Below, piece after piece: positions 37,076 through 50,043 of a stretch of 64,000 nucleotides of DNA (position 1 is the first letter of the stretch; each line of letters opens with the position of its first letter). Where the stretch lies: assembly GCF_020745735.1 (NCBI RefSeq), contig NC_083417.1, forward strand, positions 14,074,001 to 14,138,000, written 5' to 3'. The notes beneath the pieces are model-generated. The model had not been told where the DNA came from, did no database searches, and saw only the letters and a list, made by a program, of their open reading frames with translations. The position numbers and the translations under genes are program-made. This DNA is from Hemiscyllium ocellatum (taxonomy: Eukaryota).

Positions 37076-38488
37076 CATTCTGTCTACCCAACTTTACTTG
37101 TCAACTGAAACAAATTCCATATTCCATAATATCTTTCTGTACCTAAGTGTAACAATTTAAACAGAACCCAAACTGGTTGATGCACTTTATAGAGGTTCTC
37201 AAGTTAAGTCGTGTAACTATGGCTGTTTCTTTTCTCCTAAGATCGATTATTCCCCTATGTTTAATTCTTGGACTATATTCTGTGAGCAGCGACCCTTCCT
37301 GTTTTGTGTGAATGTCCAGTCTGCTATCCAGGTCCCTGTCTTGTGGTAATTCAAGCCTTTGATCAAAATTGAATGCATATCTCAAGTTAAGAACCAGAGC
37401 AGAAACACACTTATATTTCAGTTTGAATTAGGTCTTTGCTGCTTTAGAAGACATAATTATGTGGTATTGTATGATTTAATTACACACGTTCATAGAGATG
37501 TGATTGACATACATTTCATAACAAGGGTTACGGAGAGAAAGCAGGAGAATGGGGTTTGGACAGATCTCAGCCATGATCGAATGGCAAAGCAGACTCAATG
37601 GGCTAATTGGCCTAATTTTGCTCCTATATCTATGGTCAAGACGCTGTGACTGGCTGGAACCTTGCAAAACATTTTTCCCCTTTCTTAGGCTAGTGAGAGT
37701 CTTCTAATTTCTGCTTTGGATATCTAGGAGTATTAGTTCTTTTTATTCTGGATGTGCCTACAACAGACAGCAGCTGTGACTCAGTGCATGGCTTCCTCAT
37801 TGAAGAAAGATGCAGCTAGCTGCCAATGTATGATGGGATTGGAAGGTGCAATGGATGGATGGCATATGTGACTTCCAAATTCAAACTCACATCCCATTAT
37901 TCTGGTCACTTTGATCCAATTCTTGAAGAAATTACATAGACATGTTTACTGCACAGTGACAATATGTGGCCTAAGACTTCAACTACAGGAGATCACGGGG
38001 ATAGGGGGAAAGGTGAAGGGTGTTTAGAAAGGAAATAGAGCTAGTGCAGGCCCAACATATTTAGGGTGAAAAGTAGGAGCAACAAGTCCCGAGAACCCTT
38101 GATATCTAGGAATACTCAAAATTGAATAAGAGAGGCTTTTAGCATGTGCAAAGAGAAGTAGAGAAAATGCAGAGAGATACTTAGGAATGCAATTGGAAGA
38201 ACAAAGAGGGTCATGGGAAATACTGCTGGATAAGGTTAGGGAGATTCCCAAGATATTCTAGATATTTTCTGTTCTATCTATTTCAGAAATGGTTGTGTAG
38301 CTTTGGTTAAACAGACCTGATGAGCTGAATGGTGTCTTCTGTGCTGTATGATTCTAAGTATATCAAGGTTAAGACAAGGAAGCATTAAGGACCAAGTGGG
38401 AAATCTGCATGGAGCAAGAGAACATTGGTAAGGTTCTATCAACAAATACATCGAGTTAGACCCCAACTACCACCCTCTGAGAAAAGGA

Positions 38489-38542
38489 ACAGGAAGTGAC
38501 TTCACCACAGGAAGTAACATCACCACAGGAAATGACATCACC
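38489..38542 (+). repeat. 3 x 18-bp tandem repeat
   Basis: acaggaagtgacttcacc / acaggaagtaacatcacc / acaggaaatgacatcacc. Confidence 0.9.
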
Positions 38543-38606
38543 AACCCAAAGAAACCCAAACATATAAATAGAAAGCAGGAATTTTCAGCAGTGCTTCAAC
38601 TGAGGC

Positions 38607-38646
38607 CCACTGAAGATGTTATCTAGTAGTGTGATGAAACATATGG
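38607..38646 (+). ncRNA. Degenerate minimal hammerhead, family D
   Basis: cca CTGAAGA t gttatctagtagtgtgat GAAA CA TA tgg; stem I cca/tgg. Confidence 0.62.
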
Positions 38647-39831
38647 AAATGAACCTTCCAGCTCAGTGAGCAAACCTACATCCAAAACATCAACCTAAGC
38701 TACAAATCTTCTCAAAATTGGTAAGATGTTAAACAAATATTTCTCATCGGTCTTCACTCAGGATAAGGAGGATGTCGGTACACAATTTGGGGAGAAGCAC
38801 TGTGAAGTTCCTGAGCAGATTGACATAGAGAGTAAGAAGTATTGGAAGTTTTGATAGACTTAACAGTGGACAAATCTCCAAGTCTGGATTTGTGTCCCAG
38901 GCAACTGTGGCAATGGAGAAAATTAAAGTGGCTCTGACCCAACGTTTTAATCTGTTTCTGGCCACAGGGGAGGTGCTAGAAGACTGGAATTCCACTTGTC
39001 AAAAAATGATAGTAGAGAACTGCAAAGCTGTGAGTCTCACATCAGTGGTAAGGATGCAATGGGAGAAAATTCTGAAGGAGAGAATTCATCTTCACTTGGA
39101 GAGGTATGGTTTGGTCAAGGAAAGTCCCATGGCTTTATCAGAAGGAGGTCATGTCTAACAAATTTGATTGAATGTTTTTGAGGAAGTGATAGGTGTACAG
39201 ATGAGGGTAGTGCAGCTGATGTCATTTACATGTATTTCAACAAAGCCTTTGACAAGTTCCCACATGAGAGATGGATAAAAATAATGAAAGCAAATGGGAT
39301 CCAGGTTAACTTGGCAAGATGGACCCAAAATTGGCTTAGTGGTAGGAGACAGAGGATGTCGATAGTAGGCTTCTTGTGTGACTGTAGGCCGGTGCTCAGT
39401 GGCCTACCAATTAGGTCTCTTATTGTTTATGATGTGTATAAACAAAACAGTGAGAATGTGGGTGCATCTATGGATGATAAGTAAGTTTGTGAATGACACA
39501 AGGATTAGTCAGTTGGTTAATAGTAAGAAGATCTTAGGTTGCAGGAAGATACACACAGGTTGCTCAGGTGGGCAGATCAGTGGCAGATGGAATTTAACCC
39601 TGAAAAGTATGAGGTGATGCATTTTGGAAAAGGAAACAAGACAAGGGAGTACTCAATGAATGGCTGGACACTAGGAAGCTGTGAGGAGCTTTAACACGGA
39701 ACTGTACAATACACTATAGGAAGAATTTGATTTCACAGAAGGGAGTGCAGAAAGGCTTCACCAGGATGTTAGCTGGTTTGGAGCATTTTAGCGATGAAGA
39801 GAGGTTGTTTGGGCTTGGATCATTTTCTTTA

Positions 39832-40012
39832 TTTCTGATGAAGGTCTTATGCTCGAAACATCGATTGTCTGGCTCTTCAGATGCTTCGAGGAGAAAGTGA
39901 GGACTGCAGATGCTGGAGATCAGAGCTGAAAATGTGTTGCTGGAAAAGCGCAGCAGGACAGGCAGCATCCAAGGAACAGGAGAATTGATGTTTCTGGCAT
40001 GAGCCCTTCATC
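39832..40012. mobile_element. Two abutting family A pieces in opposite orientation
   Basis: Plus CTGATGA a ggtcttatgctc GAAA CA TC gatt (39835-39874), then a minus copy from 39888. Confidence 0.8.
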
Positions 40013-41149
40013 CCACTGAGGTGGGAAACCTCACAACCTTTCAAAAGTACTTAAATACGCACTTGAAATGTTATAACATTCAAGACTACCGGCCAAGTGC
40101 TGGAAAATGGGATAAGTGTAGATAGGTCAGCATAGAGGTGATAGGCCAAAGGGTTTCTTCTTTACATGATTTACATGTCTGACTTTGGTTTTTGAAATAA
40201 GGTGTCAATGCTAAAATTGTGTCATGCAGTATTGGAAGTATTACTTTCAATTACACATACTGTACAGAATGTCTAAAGAAGGGGTTAACACTTTTATTAC
40301 AAATCTTGCACTCTGCAATTTCAAACCCTCGGGGATTACCACACACACACATCGCAGATTGCGGGGTTGGACGGGGGTGGAGTGGGGAGTAGGTTATCAT
40401 TATTGGTACACCAGGTCAATTACAGTTAAGTGACTAATCAATAAAGTACTATTTCTGTTAGCAATAGAAACTGAAAGACCCAAATCCATTTTCTATCTAC
40501 ACTCATCAACTAAATCACTTTAGCTGTGAATTAAGTTTATTTGAAAAAACATCCATTTTTATGCAGTTTTTATAATAGCTTACATGGACTGAAAAGCATT
40601 CCATTTTTCTAAAATTTATTAAAGCATATAATGCAACATAAAATTAGGAAGTCCTTCTCTGCAGTTAAAAATATCTATATATAGAGCACAATTTACAAAT
40701 ATTTGACAGCGCCTGTAAACAGAGCAGAACACTGTGGCAAACTGGTTATTCTTTATACAGTCAAAACTGTGTGACCAATGTTGCAGAGTTCTGCACTACT
40801 CAGACTGAAGCTAGTGTTGTATTTGTTTGTTGTGGTGATGAATATTTAAAGCAACTTTTGCATGTGTTGCCCATTAACTGGAGAGCCTGTGGTGAACTGC
40901 CACTAGTTAACAATTGTGCTGTAAAAAGCTGAATATACATTTTGAGATGCAGAGAGGTGCTGGAGTAGAGGAGCTGAAATAGACACAGGAACTGGAGGAA
41001 ATGAGCTGTAGGGCTTGTTACTCTCCCACAGAGCCATAAAAACATAAGAAACTGGTAGACACTCAGCTGGTAAGGCAGCATCTGTTGGGGGAGAAACAGA
41101 CTGAACGGACTGAACCTTGATAGTCAGGCCTACATGCTGTGAGGGAGCC

Positions 41150-41392
41150 TGCAGCTTGGCACACTCTTGGTATTTTTGCAACATATTTTCCAGTAGCTTT
41201 TCAACTCAGCCGTGCTTTTTGCTGGTTTCCTGATGAGCTTCAGTAAGTTAAGATTGCTTCCACTATAGTCTGTTTCATCGCAGTAGCTGTAGTTGAAGGT
41301 TTGTCAACTTGGCACATGAGAGCCAGGAGAATTCACAGACAAAGTCTGAACGTGGAACGTGAAAGCCACACTTCTTGGACCCTGGGCACCAT
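41150..41392 (-). pseudogene. Possible decayed Myb/SANT-like domain (PIF/Harbinger-type ORF)
   Basis: With stops and two frameshifts reads RSTF..*ILLALM..TAMKQTIVEAI..STAELKSYW/ENMLQKYQE. Confidence 0.3.
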
Positions 41393-44300
41393 GCTGCAGG
41401 ATATTCGGAAATTTTGATCCCTGACGGACAAATGGAAGAAGCCAGCTGGTTGGCTGGATGTGGCTAAAGAGCTCAGCGATGGGAGTGTAATGCTTCACTC
41501 CTAGGCTCAGTGCAACAAGACCTGATGACCTGATCTGGGCAAGCCACATTCAAATACAAAAGGAAAACCCTCAGAAAGTCTTCCCAAGCATTCTCTCAGA
41601 CCAACATACCTTGTGAATGCAGACTGTTGCCATGGAACCAAGGTGTGGATGGTCACTGGCAACAGAGAGATGAGGACCTCTTAGCTACTTGGTGATGGAT
41701 ATGAATATAACCAGCCACACAGCACACAACACTCACTCCTGCTGATGATGTTAGCAGCCACCGATATAAGCAACAATAATGCAGAAGCCTTTCATCTTGT
41801 GATTTCTAATTCAAGTTTTTCATTTGCCACAGGTCCTGCTAGCATCTTTACCAAGGCAGCGTTGGAGGAAGATGGGGCTTTGAAAGAGGAAACCTCATAC
41901 CCTTGGGAGGCATCTTCCCATGATTTATGTACCCCACAGACAGCTCAGACACTGGCATATGGGTGGGAGTGTCAGAAGAGTGAGCTGGGTTCTCAGATGA
42001 TGAAGCATGCAGCATTAATGAGCAAAGGTGTGACAGGGACAGCAGTGAAGAATTCTCACCAGACAGTGCAGAATGCTCTGTGCTTTGCTCAACTGTACAA
42101 ACTTGTTCAGCCTCCAAGTGCCATTGAGGGACAGAATTCTGGAGCAGCTGAAAACGGTCTAAGAATTTGTCAGCATTTCCATCTGCCTCACTCAGATTTG
42201 GAGGAATATGCCTCTCAGATAATCGCCACGACATCTCAGATCTCCTTGCTGATGTGGAAAGTGTGACCATCTACACAGAGCATCAGTCACAATAGGCAAG
42301 CAAGTCTCGGTTGGCTGTCAGTAATGGTGGCCCAGCTCAAACAGGAGGAAGGAAAGTCTCATGCAGTGCCACAGTAAAATTCAGCAGAGTGTTCCCCAGC
42401 TCTTGGATAGCAGGCAATTGCAGCTTGGCCAGGGGATGGAAGGTCAGGCCTCTGTTCAAAGCAGCTACCCTCTTGACCATTTCTCCCCCACCACCCCAAT
42501 CCATCTCATTCATTCCATGTCCTACTTGCTAACTTCTGTCCAAATTGCCATTTCACAGGTATAGATGGGTCAACCATTGGCAGTAGCCCAAGACTCCAAA
42601 CCTAGAAGATGGCAGCCAAGAGAATTTGGGCAGTCAGGACATGTCTTTAGCTCTGCTGCAGGGGCACTACCACATTGGAGTATGAGAAAACTGAAAGGAA
42701 AGTATTTGTAGTTGTACAAGGGGTTTCACTTGAGGTTTTAAAGCTGTGGTACATTGTTTCCACTCTGTTTAAAATAACGTTTATGGTTGAAAAATACAAA
42801 AGCTCCATTGTCCTGTCCTCCACATTTTTGCTTCTAGCTAGAAACTGATCACAGTCTTGTGAAGAACAGTGAGACAAGAGTTAACAACCAGCAATGGAAC
42901 TCTGTGAGAGGGATGAATTGTTGATTGTAGGACTGCTTTGTGCTGGGATAGGGAGGTTGAACAATGGGTTTCCAATATTTCCAGTGTTCAGCATTAATCT
43001 CTATGACTAGACTAGGCTTTTTTGTAGCTACGTTGACAATGAACAATTCACTTAATGTCCTCCTGGATGTAACTTCCCCTCGGGCAAAGCCATTAAAATT
43101 TCCAGCATCTTGACCTCAATTGTTCTGAGTTTGATTATAAGAGCTTGTTTACTGTCGATGTTCACTGTGCTTGATGAGTTAAGACTGGGTGTGGACTCAG
43201 GGAATAGATTGGAAAAAGAGCGTAATTCAGAAATGAAGCATGGATTAGACATTTTAAATAAAACCTATTAAGCAGGATGTTTTGGAAATTATCCCAGTTC
43301 CAAACCTTCAAAGAATCAGACTGAAAGAATAGCCAGTGGCAAGATATTTCAGTCCATAAAAGGGTTAATGCAGTCAAAGCTCTCATCTGTAAATAAGTCT
43401 CTCTGCCAGGAAATGAAGATGCCGGTAATTCTCTGTAATTCTGGGTCAGAGGACATGTTTGCATGTGCGTTTACACATCAATTACATTCACAAAGTGGAC
43501 TCCCAAACAAACCACAGTCGCATTCTGACTGCATGCCACTCTCGGCTGTGGTATTTTCTAATACAGATCAAAGCTGACACAGAGACCACTTCGGACAGAG
43601 CTGCCCTGGTTGAAGTGAGCAAACTGAACGCTCTGTCCAGTGGGAGGTTGACCCAGTATTCAATACCACCAGCCCACACCCACCCACATTTCACAGCCTC
43701 ATCTTTTACAATGCAAATCTGGGTTTCCACTAAATGCATGCTCTCCGACGCTGAGAATTTACAGTTCATGTACAAAGGATTGGTCTGTCTCTGCCCTACA
43801 ATAGCTTCTTGTACTTTCTCAATGTAAATATTATTATTAGATTGGATTAAGCGGAAAGACTAACCCATGGTCACTGATACTATTAGTGTTCTGGAATTTA
43901 ACAGCATATTTAAATGAGGGGCTATCACATGTTCTAAAGGCAGGGATTACCCATCCTTTTACACAGGTCTCCCATCATTTAAAATCATGTGTGATTCTAG
44001 GGTGGTGAGTACAAAAGGGTCAAAGAAAAGAGAGAAGTTGTTAACGTCTCTGTTTTTCTGGCTTTGAGACAAGAATGTTAATTAGTTGTTTAACTCAGTT
44101 GATTCCCTGTAATTAAATAAGTTACCTTTCAGCCCCCAGGTTTCAAAAATTGAGGAATAGAACATAGAAAAGTGGGAATTATCCCATGACAGACAGACAA
44201 GGATCATCTTCTCACCTTCTTGTATCCTGGTTGTTGTGTGATCCAATGATAATGGAGTTATTGACTAATCAGGGCAGTCATTCTATATCAATTAGTCTAG

Positions 44301-44937
44301 AAGACAGCCAGACATGACGTGAGGAAAATCCCAATGGTGGAGTTTGGGAACAAAAGGTCTAATGTCAATCTTTTCCTTCCAAATCTGCTACACTCACTAC
44401 ATAGCATGTAGAACAAATAACTTCACAGAAATGTAGCTATCAGAAGTTGATCTCTTTGGAATATCTCCAAATTGCTGACTGTCTGGAGAATGCTATCCAG
44501 TCCTGCTGATGATAAGTGCTGATCGGCATACTTGAGCCAGCAACTCATGCCTGACCTCCAGGTATTGGAAACAAATTGTCTGTTAGTGAGTTTCAGGGGG
44601 AGCCAGCAATCAACCTATGGATCTATGATTTGAATCAACTCCCTCGACTCATCCATAAAATGAAGTCAAAGGTCCTAAAGTATTTCGCAGTTGCATGACC
44701 AAATCAAAACTGGCAAAACCAAAATAGTTCAAATAAGGAACTATTTGAACAGGTGACCATGTGTTTAATATGTTGACTTGAAGGATGAGAATGAGAAGGA
44801 GTCTGGGAAGAGGAATGCCTAGGTAGCTGACAACATGGCTGTCAATGATGGGTTGAGCAGCCAGAGTTGAGAGAGCGCAGAGGACACTGAAGGTTGTAGG
44901 GACATAGGAGGTTACGGAGATTCTCAACATCTGTATT

Positions 44938-45425
44938 AAAACCGGAAAAGCTGCAGTTGTAGGAAATCAGAAACAAAACCAGAAGTTGCTGGAAAAGCTC
45001 AGCAGGTCTGGCAGCATCCTGTGGAGAGAATTGGAGTTAACATTTCAGGTCCAGTGATCCTTCCTCAGATCTGACGGTAGGTGGAAAAGGTTAGTTTTTA
45101 TGCAGAAGGTGGGGGGGGGGTAAGGAGTAAGCGATAGGTGGAGGTAGAACCCAAAGAGAGAGGAGCAGAGATTGTAGCTATTCATCCTCCCAGGGTGATC
45201 ATTATCCACTCCTTTGTCTATCCATCTGTTCTTCTCCCTCTTTGGGCTCTATCTCCACCTAGCATTTACTCCTTACCCCCTGTCCCTTCCCTATCTTCTG
45301 CATAAAGCTTTTCCTAGCTACCATCAGATCTGAGGAAGGGTCACCTGATCCGAAATGTCAACTCTGATTTCTCTTGCTAGATGCTGCCAAACCTGCTGAG
45401 CTTTTTTACAATTTCTGCTTTTGCA
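44938..45425. mobile_element. Family C long inverted-repeat insert with two hammerheads (45036-45071 -, 45327-45362 +)
   Basis: Plus: gat CTGAGGA a gggtc-acct-gatcc GAAA TG TC aac; arms ~200 bp; degenerate 15-bp TSD. Confidence 0.85.
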
Positions 45426-45906
45426 CTCAGCTTCTGTGTTCCATTGGAAAATTCTTCTCGTTTTCAGATGCATAGGTCCTGCATTCTCAGCAGTAAAGTT
45501 AAATTGATAATGAGCTTATATCAAAACAGACAACTGCTCATTGTCAGTGACCTTTAAATTGACCTGTCTATTAAATTTCCCTATGCTGAATGGCTGTTAT
45601 GAACCCTTTTACAGTAAAGAGTGATTAATGTATGAGTATCATTACAGTGGGAACTCTCTTCCATTATTAACACAAACAAATTTATGCAGACTAAAATATT
45701 TAAATGATGACTCACCATATCAATTTTGAATTGCTTTCTCTAACCAGCCGTAAAGTGCCTCTTTTACTCTGTCAAAGGTTGAAATGCCTCATAGTTTTTC
45801 CCTCCCAGCACTTTACTTCCCATGACCAAAACGATGGCGTGGAAAACCTAACCTTAAGGCCAATGTCCCTGAGTTGGCTTTCTCACTTTGCACTGTTCTA
45901 TACTGG

Positions 45907-46026
45907 GTAAAAACAATGACTGCAGATGCTGGAAACCAGATTTTAGATTAGTGGTGCTGGAAGAGCACAGCAGTTCAGGCAGCATCCGAGGAGCAGCAAA
46001 ATCGACGTTTCGGGCAAAAGCCCTTC
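45907..46026 (-). mobile_element. Family A insert truncated inside the hammerhead
   Basis: Minus: gaagggcttttgccc GAAA CG TC gatt, CTGAT missing. Confidence 0.82.
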
Positions 46027-46842
46027 TGTGCCAGTGTTACAGACTGGCACATTCCAAAATCCAGGCCTATGTGCTGAGGGACGCACTAAAGCCTGGTGCA
46101 GCTGCCACCCAAAGTGCAGTGGGGAAAGACCACCATCTGAAATCTTTCTGCTTAAGAATAAGGAGGGTCTGCTCAATTGTCAGACCCTCTCTTACCTCAG
46201 TATGAATGTATATAGTGCCCTGCACAAGTAAAACATGCCTTTGCAACAATGTGAAATGTCAGTTCCAAAGTTTGTTTTCCTTGAAATGCAAAGTCTGTGC
46301 AGAACTGCTTTAGTACCTGTATATGCACTTTAATATTTTTTATGATCAAAGTGTGTTTTTGCAATAAAAGCAAACTAAAGCACTCACCTATACCAATGAG
46401 GGCAGGCACTCAACCTCCACATTGAAATTAAAACTAACACTGCACTTTCAGAGGGATAAATTGCAGATTTAAGTCTCAAGTCTTCTGTGCTTGCAATCCA
46501 AAGGTTGCATCTGAAATTTCACTCATTTTGCCTCTGTCAAATATTATCGAAAGCATAAAGAGGCACCTGTGAAAGCACAAAATGATTTACAAGGATAATA
46601 TAAAGAACTGAAAGGGTGCACCATCTTTAAGTACTGAACAGCACTTTTCACTGGCAAAAAGACAGCAGGGATAGCTGATGGTGGTATTTAAGATTATGAA
46701 GGGATTTGGTTGTCTATACTAGGAGAATATTGTCATGTCCTTGAACCCCATTTGGGCCAGGCGGAGAGCTGGGCATGCATTAGAAATAGCAACACCCGCA
46801 AATGCACTAGTTCTTAACTTCAATCTACCGGCAAAGCACATT

Positions 46843-47180
46843 GGAGAAAATGGTGGCAAGGTCCAGCAGATGTGTAAATCAGAGTCCTAGGCTTATGCTC
46901 CCAGGCCATGGGTTCAAATCCCACTATGGCAGCTGGGGAGGATTTTAAATTCAAATAGTAAATTTGGAATTGAAAGTTGGTTTCAGTTATGGCAATTATG
47001 AAACAATCAGTGACTGTGATAAAGACACATATGGTTTGTGAATCCCCTTTAGGGAAAGAAATCTGTTGCCATTGTATGGCCTGGTCTACAAGTGACTCCG
47101 GGTTCACAGCAATGTGATTGCCTCTGAAATGGCCACAAATCATTCAGTTCAAGCGTTGACAGTGACATTCACATCCCATT
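46843..47180 (+). mobile_element. Second-family tRNA SINE
   Basis: B-box gggttcaaatccc; ctttagggaaagaaatctg...gtgactcc core. Confidence 0.7.
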
Positions 47181-47371
47181 ACTGTAAAGAAAAAATAAAT
47201 TGTGGAGACAGACAGGGAGGGCAGCTGATAAAGTTTGCAGAGATTGAGATCCACTTAAAGCCACTAACAAGAGGGTGGCTAGGAACGTTGAGTCAGTGGG
47301 ATCACATTTAGCTGTCTGGAGGGCATCTTCTGGCATCAATTTGGTAGGCCAGTGCTCCAGGCTTAGAAACA

Positions 47372-48648
47372 GGCTGGGAAATTTGGCTGTCTGGCTACAG
47401 AATTGGCTGGCCAAAAGAAGACAGGGAGTGGTAGTGGATGGTAAGTATTCCGCCTGATGTTCGGTGACCAGTAGTGTCCCACAGGGATCTGTTCTTGGGC
47501 CTCTGCTCTTTGTAGTTTTTATAAATGACATGGATGAAAAAAAGAAAGGATGGGTTAGTAAGTTTTCCAAAGACATGAAGATTGGTGGTGTTGTAGATTG
47601 TGTTGAGGGTTGTTGCAGGCTACAAGACATTGACAGGTTGCAGAGGGGGCTGAGAAGTGGCAGATGGAATTCAACCTCCAAAAGTGTGAAGTGATTCATT
47701 TTGGCAGGCCGAATTTGAGTGCTGAACACAGGGTTAAATACAGGATTCTTGGTAGTGTGGAGAACCAGCGGGATCTTGGGGTCTACATACATAGATCCCT
47801 GAAAGTTGCCCCCCAAGTTGATTGGGTTGTTAAGAGGGTGTATGGTGTTTTGGCTTTCATTAACAGGGGGGATTGAGTTTAAGAGCCATGAAGCTTTGCT
47901 GCAGCTCCATAAAACCCTGGTTAGACCACACTTGGAATATTGTGTCCAGTTCTGGTCCCCTCATTGTAGAAAGGATGTAGATGCTTTAGACAGGATGCAG
48001 AGGAGATTTACCAGGATGCTGCTAGGATTGGAGGGCATGTCTTAAGAGACATTGAGTGAGCTAGGGCTTTCCACACCAGAGAGCAGAAGAAAGAGAGGTG
48101 ACCTGGGAGGTATACAAAGTAATAAGAGGCAGAGACGGAGTAGATCGCCAGAGACTTTTCCACAGGGCAGAAATGGCTGTCACAAGGGTTCATAATTTTA
48201 AGGTGATTGGAGGAAGGAACAGGGGTGATGTCAGAGGTAGGTTCTTTATACAGAGAGTGGTGGATGCATGGACTGCAATGTGTGCGGTGGTAGTAGAGTC
48301 AAAGACATTAGGGACATTTAAGTGACTGGAAAAGCACAGCAGGTCAGGCAGCATCCGAAATTGACGTTTCGGGCAAAGGCCCTTCATCAGGAAACATCGA
48401 TTTTCCTGCTCCTCAGATGCTGTCTGACCTGCTGTGCTTTTCCAGCACCACTCTAATCTTGACTCTGATCTCCAGCATCTGCAGTCCTCACTTTCACCAC
48501 ATTTAAATGACTGCTGGACAAGCACATGGATGGCAGTAAATTGAGGGGTGTGTAGGTTAGGTTGATCTTAGATTAAGATAAGTGCTCAGCACAACATTGT
48601 GGGCCGAAGGGCATGTAGTGTGCTGTACTGCTCTATGTTCTATGTTCT
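47372..48648 (+). mobile_element. CR1 LINE, 5'-truncated (RT to 3' UTR)
   Basis: [30 protein letters not shown]; tail ctatgttctatgttcta. Confidence 0.93.
48329..48498. mobile_element. Family A inverted insert in CR1; hammerhead on minus strand (~48360-48394)
   Basis: Minus: ttc CTGATGA a gggc-cttt-gccc GAAA CG TC aat; 15-bp TSD acatttaagtgactg / acatttaaatgactg. Confidence 0.88.
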
Positions 48649-48974
48649 AAACACCCCCACACCCCAATTGTACCCCTGACACTTGCCTGAAGCAATAGAC
48701 ATAGACTGCCTTATAGAGGATTATCCTCCCTTCCCAACTCCAGCATAGCTCAGCTGCAAAGAAGTGTTATGTGAAGAGTTAAACTTTAGAAAAGAAGGTG
48801 CCTCCAGATTTAAACACTATCTCTCTGACCTTACGTTCCATTGCAATAATTTGCTACTCCTTCCACTCTAGAAGGCCACCTATTGTCCTTTAATATACAG
48901 TGAACTCAATGTCTGATCATTAAGTACCACTTCACATTGAGTGCCTGTATACCCTCGACAGTCTGATCCCAATG

Positions 48975-49340
48975 TGGACTGGCTGGCAGGGTTCAAGAGA
49001 GTGTGGTCAAAATTTTACCCAATGTTGCTAATTCTAAGGCCATAGGGACTTTGACTATAAGGAAGTTCGACCAATCAAATAAAGAATTCAGGAGAGCCTT
49101 CTTTAACCAGACAATAGTTGAAATGTGGAACTTGGCACTACATAGAATAGTTGAGGTTAGTAGTTTGGATATGCTTAGGGAGGAGCTGGAGAGGCACACA
49201 TATGAAAGATAAAAGGAAACAGTGTTTACAGGCTGAAATGAAATAGGGGTGAGCTGGGGCTCACATGGGTCATAAATACTGATATACACACGTTGGACCG
49301 AATAACTATTTCTGTGCTTTACGTTTTATATAATTCTATG
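48975..49340 (+). mobile_element. Old CR1 3' fragment
   Basis: EFRRAFFNQTIVEMWNLA. Confidence 0.7.
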
Positions 49341-49745
49341 TACTGATGCAATTGTACGAGAATATGTCTAATTTCAATCAATATCTGATATCTTCTCAGA
49401 GCAGTGGAGTTGGTAGATTGTTGGGTTTAAGAGTTGGGGAGGGTAGGGTGACTGATCAGCTTCACAGGTGGAGATTTATTTAAACAGAGGGGCTCATCGA
49501 CAAGAATAAAAGATCAAGGATATTTGGGAATGTTGCTAATACATGCACAGCTCACTCATATGAAGTACCCCAAATCCTTAAGATACGTAATTGGATTACA
49601 TTCCCACTGTGATACATCAAGGCAACTCTAAGCCTAGATTTGCAGCAGCTCCTCCTCTCAATTACAGTAATTCTTAGGTAGTGTACAAAATCTTGTGCCA
49701 AGCAGACTGTGTTGACTTTGCCACTTCAGTAAATGGGACAGCAAA

Positions 49746-50043
49746 TCATAGAATCCCTACACTGTGGAAGCAGGCCATTCAGCCCACATTGACCATATGA
49801 AGAGCATCCCACCCTGTAATCCTGCATTCCCCATGGTAAATTCATCTAGCCTGCACATCCATGGGCAATTTAACTTGGCCAATCCACCTAACCTACACAT
49901 CTTTAGATTGTGGGAGGAAACCAGAGCACCTGGAGAAACCCACGTAGACACAGGGAGAATATGCAAACTCCATACAGATCGTCACCAGAGGCTGGAATCG
50001 AACCCAGGTGAGGCAGCAATGTTAACCACTGAGCCACCTATGC
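49746..50043 (-). mobile_element. HE1-like V-SINE
   Basis: V-domain and CR1-like tail. Confidence 0.85.

Larger units (their letters stand above)
38433..38716 (+). mobile_element. Family D PLE 3'-end insert (ORF C-terminus, 18-bp repeats, hammerhead)
   Basis: 9-bp TSD attggtaag (38424-38432 / 38717-38725); reads SINKYIELDPNYHPLR; hammerhead at 38607-38646. Confidence 0.72.
37985..40170 (+). mobile_element. Old CR1 LINE with several nested inserts
   Basis: HGFIRRRSCLTNLIE, KAFDKFPH and SKFVNDT remnants; 3' UTR near 40100-40170. Confidence 0.82.

Noticed and set aside
38489-38542. CRISPR-like array
   Set aside because: Contiguous tandem units with no spacers, in eukaryotic DNA.
41228-41270. 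CTGATGA match
   Set aside because: No stem II or GAAA follows; the same applies to matches near 38318, 41522 and 44506.
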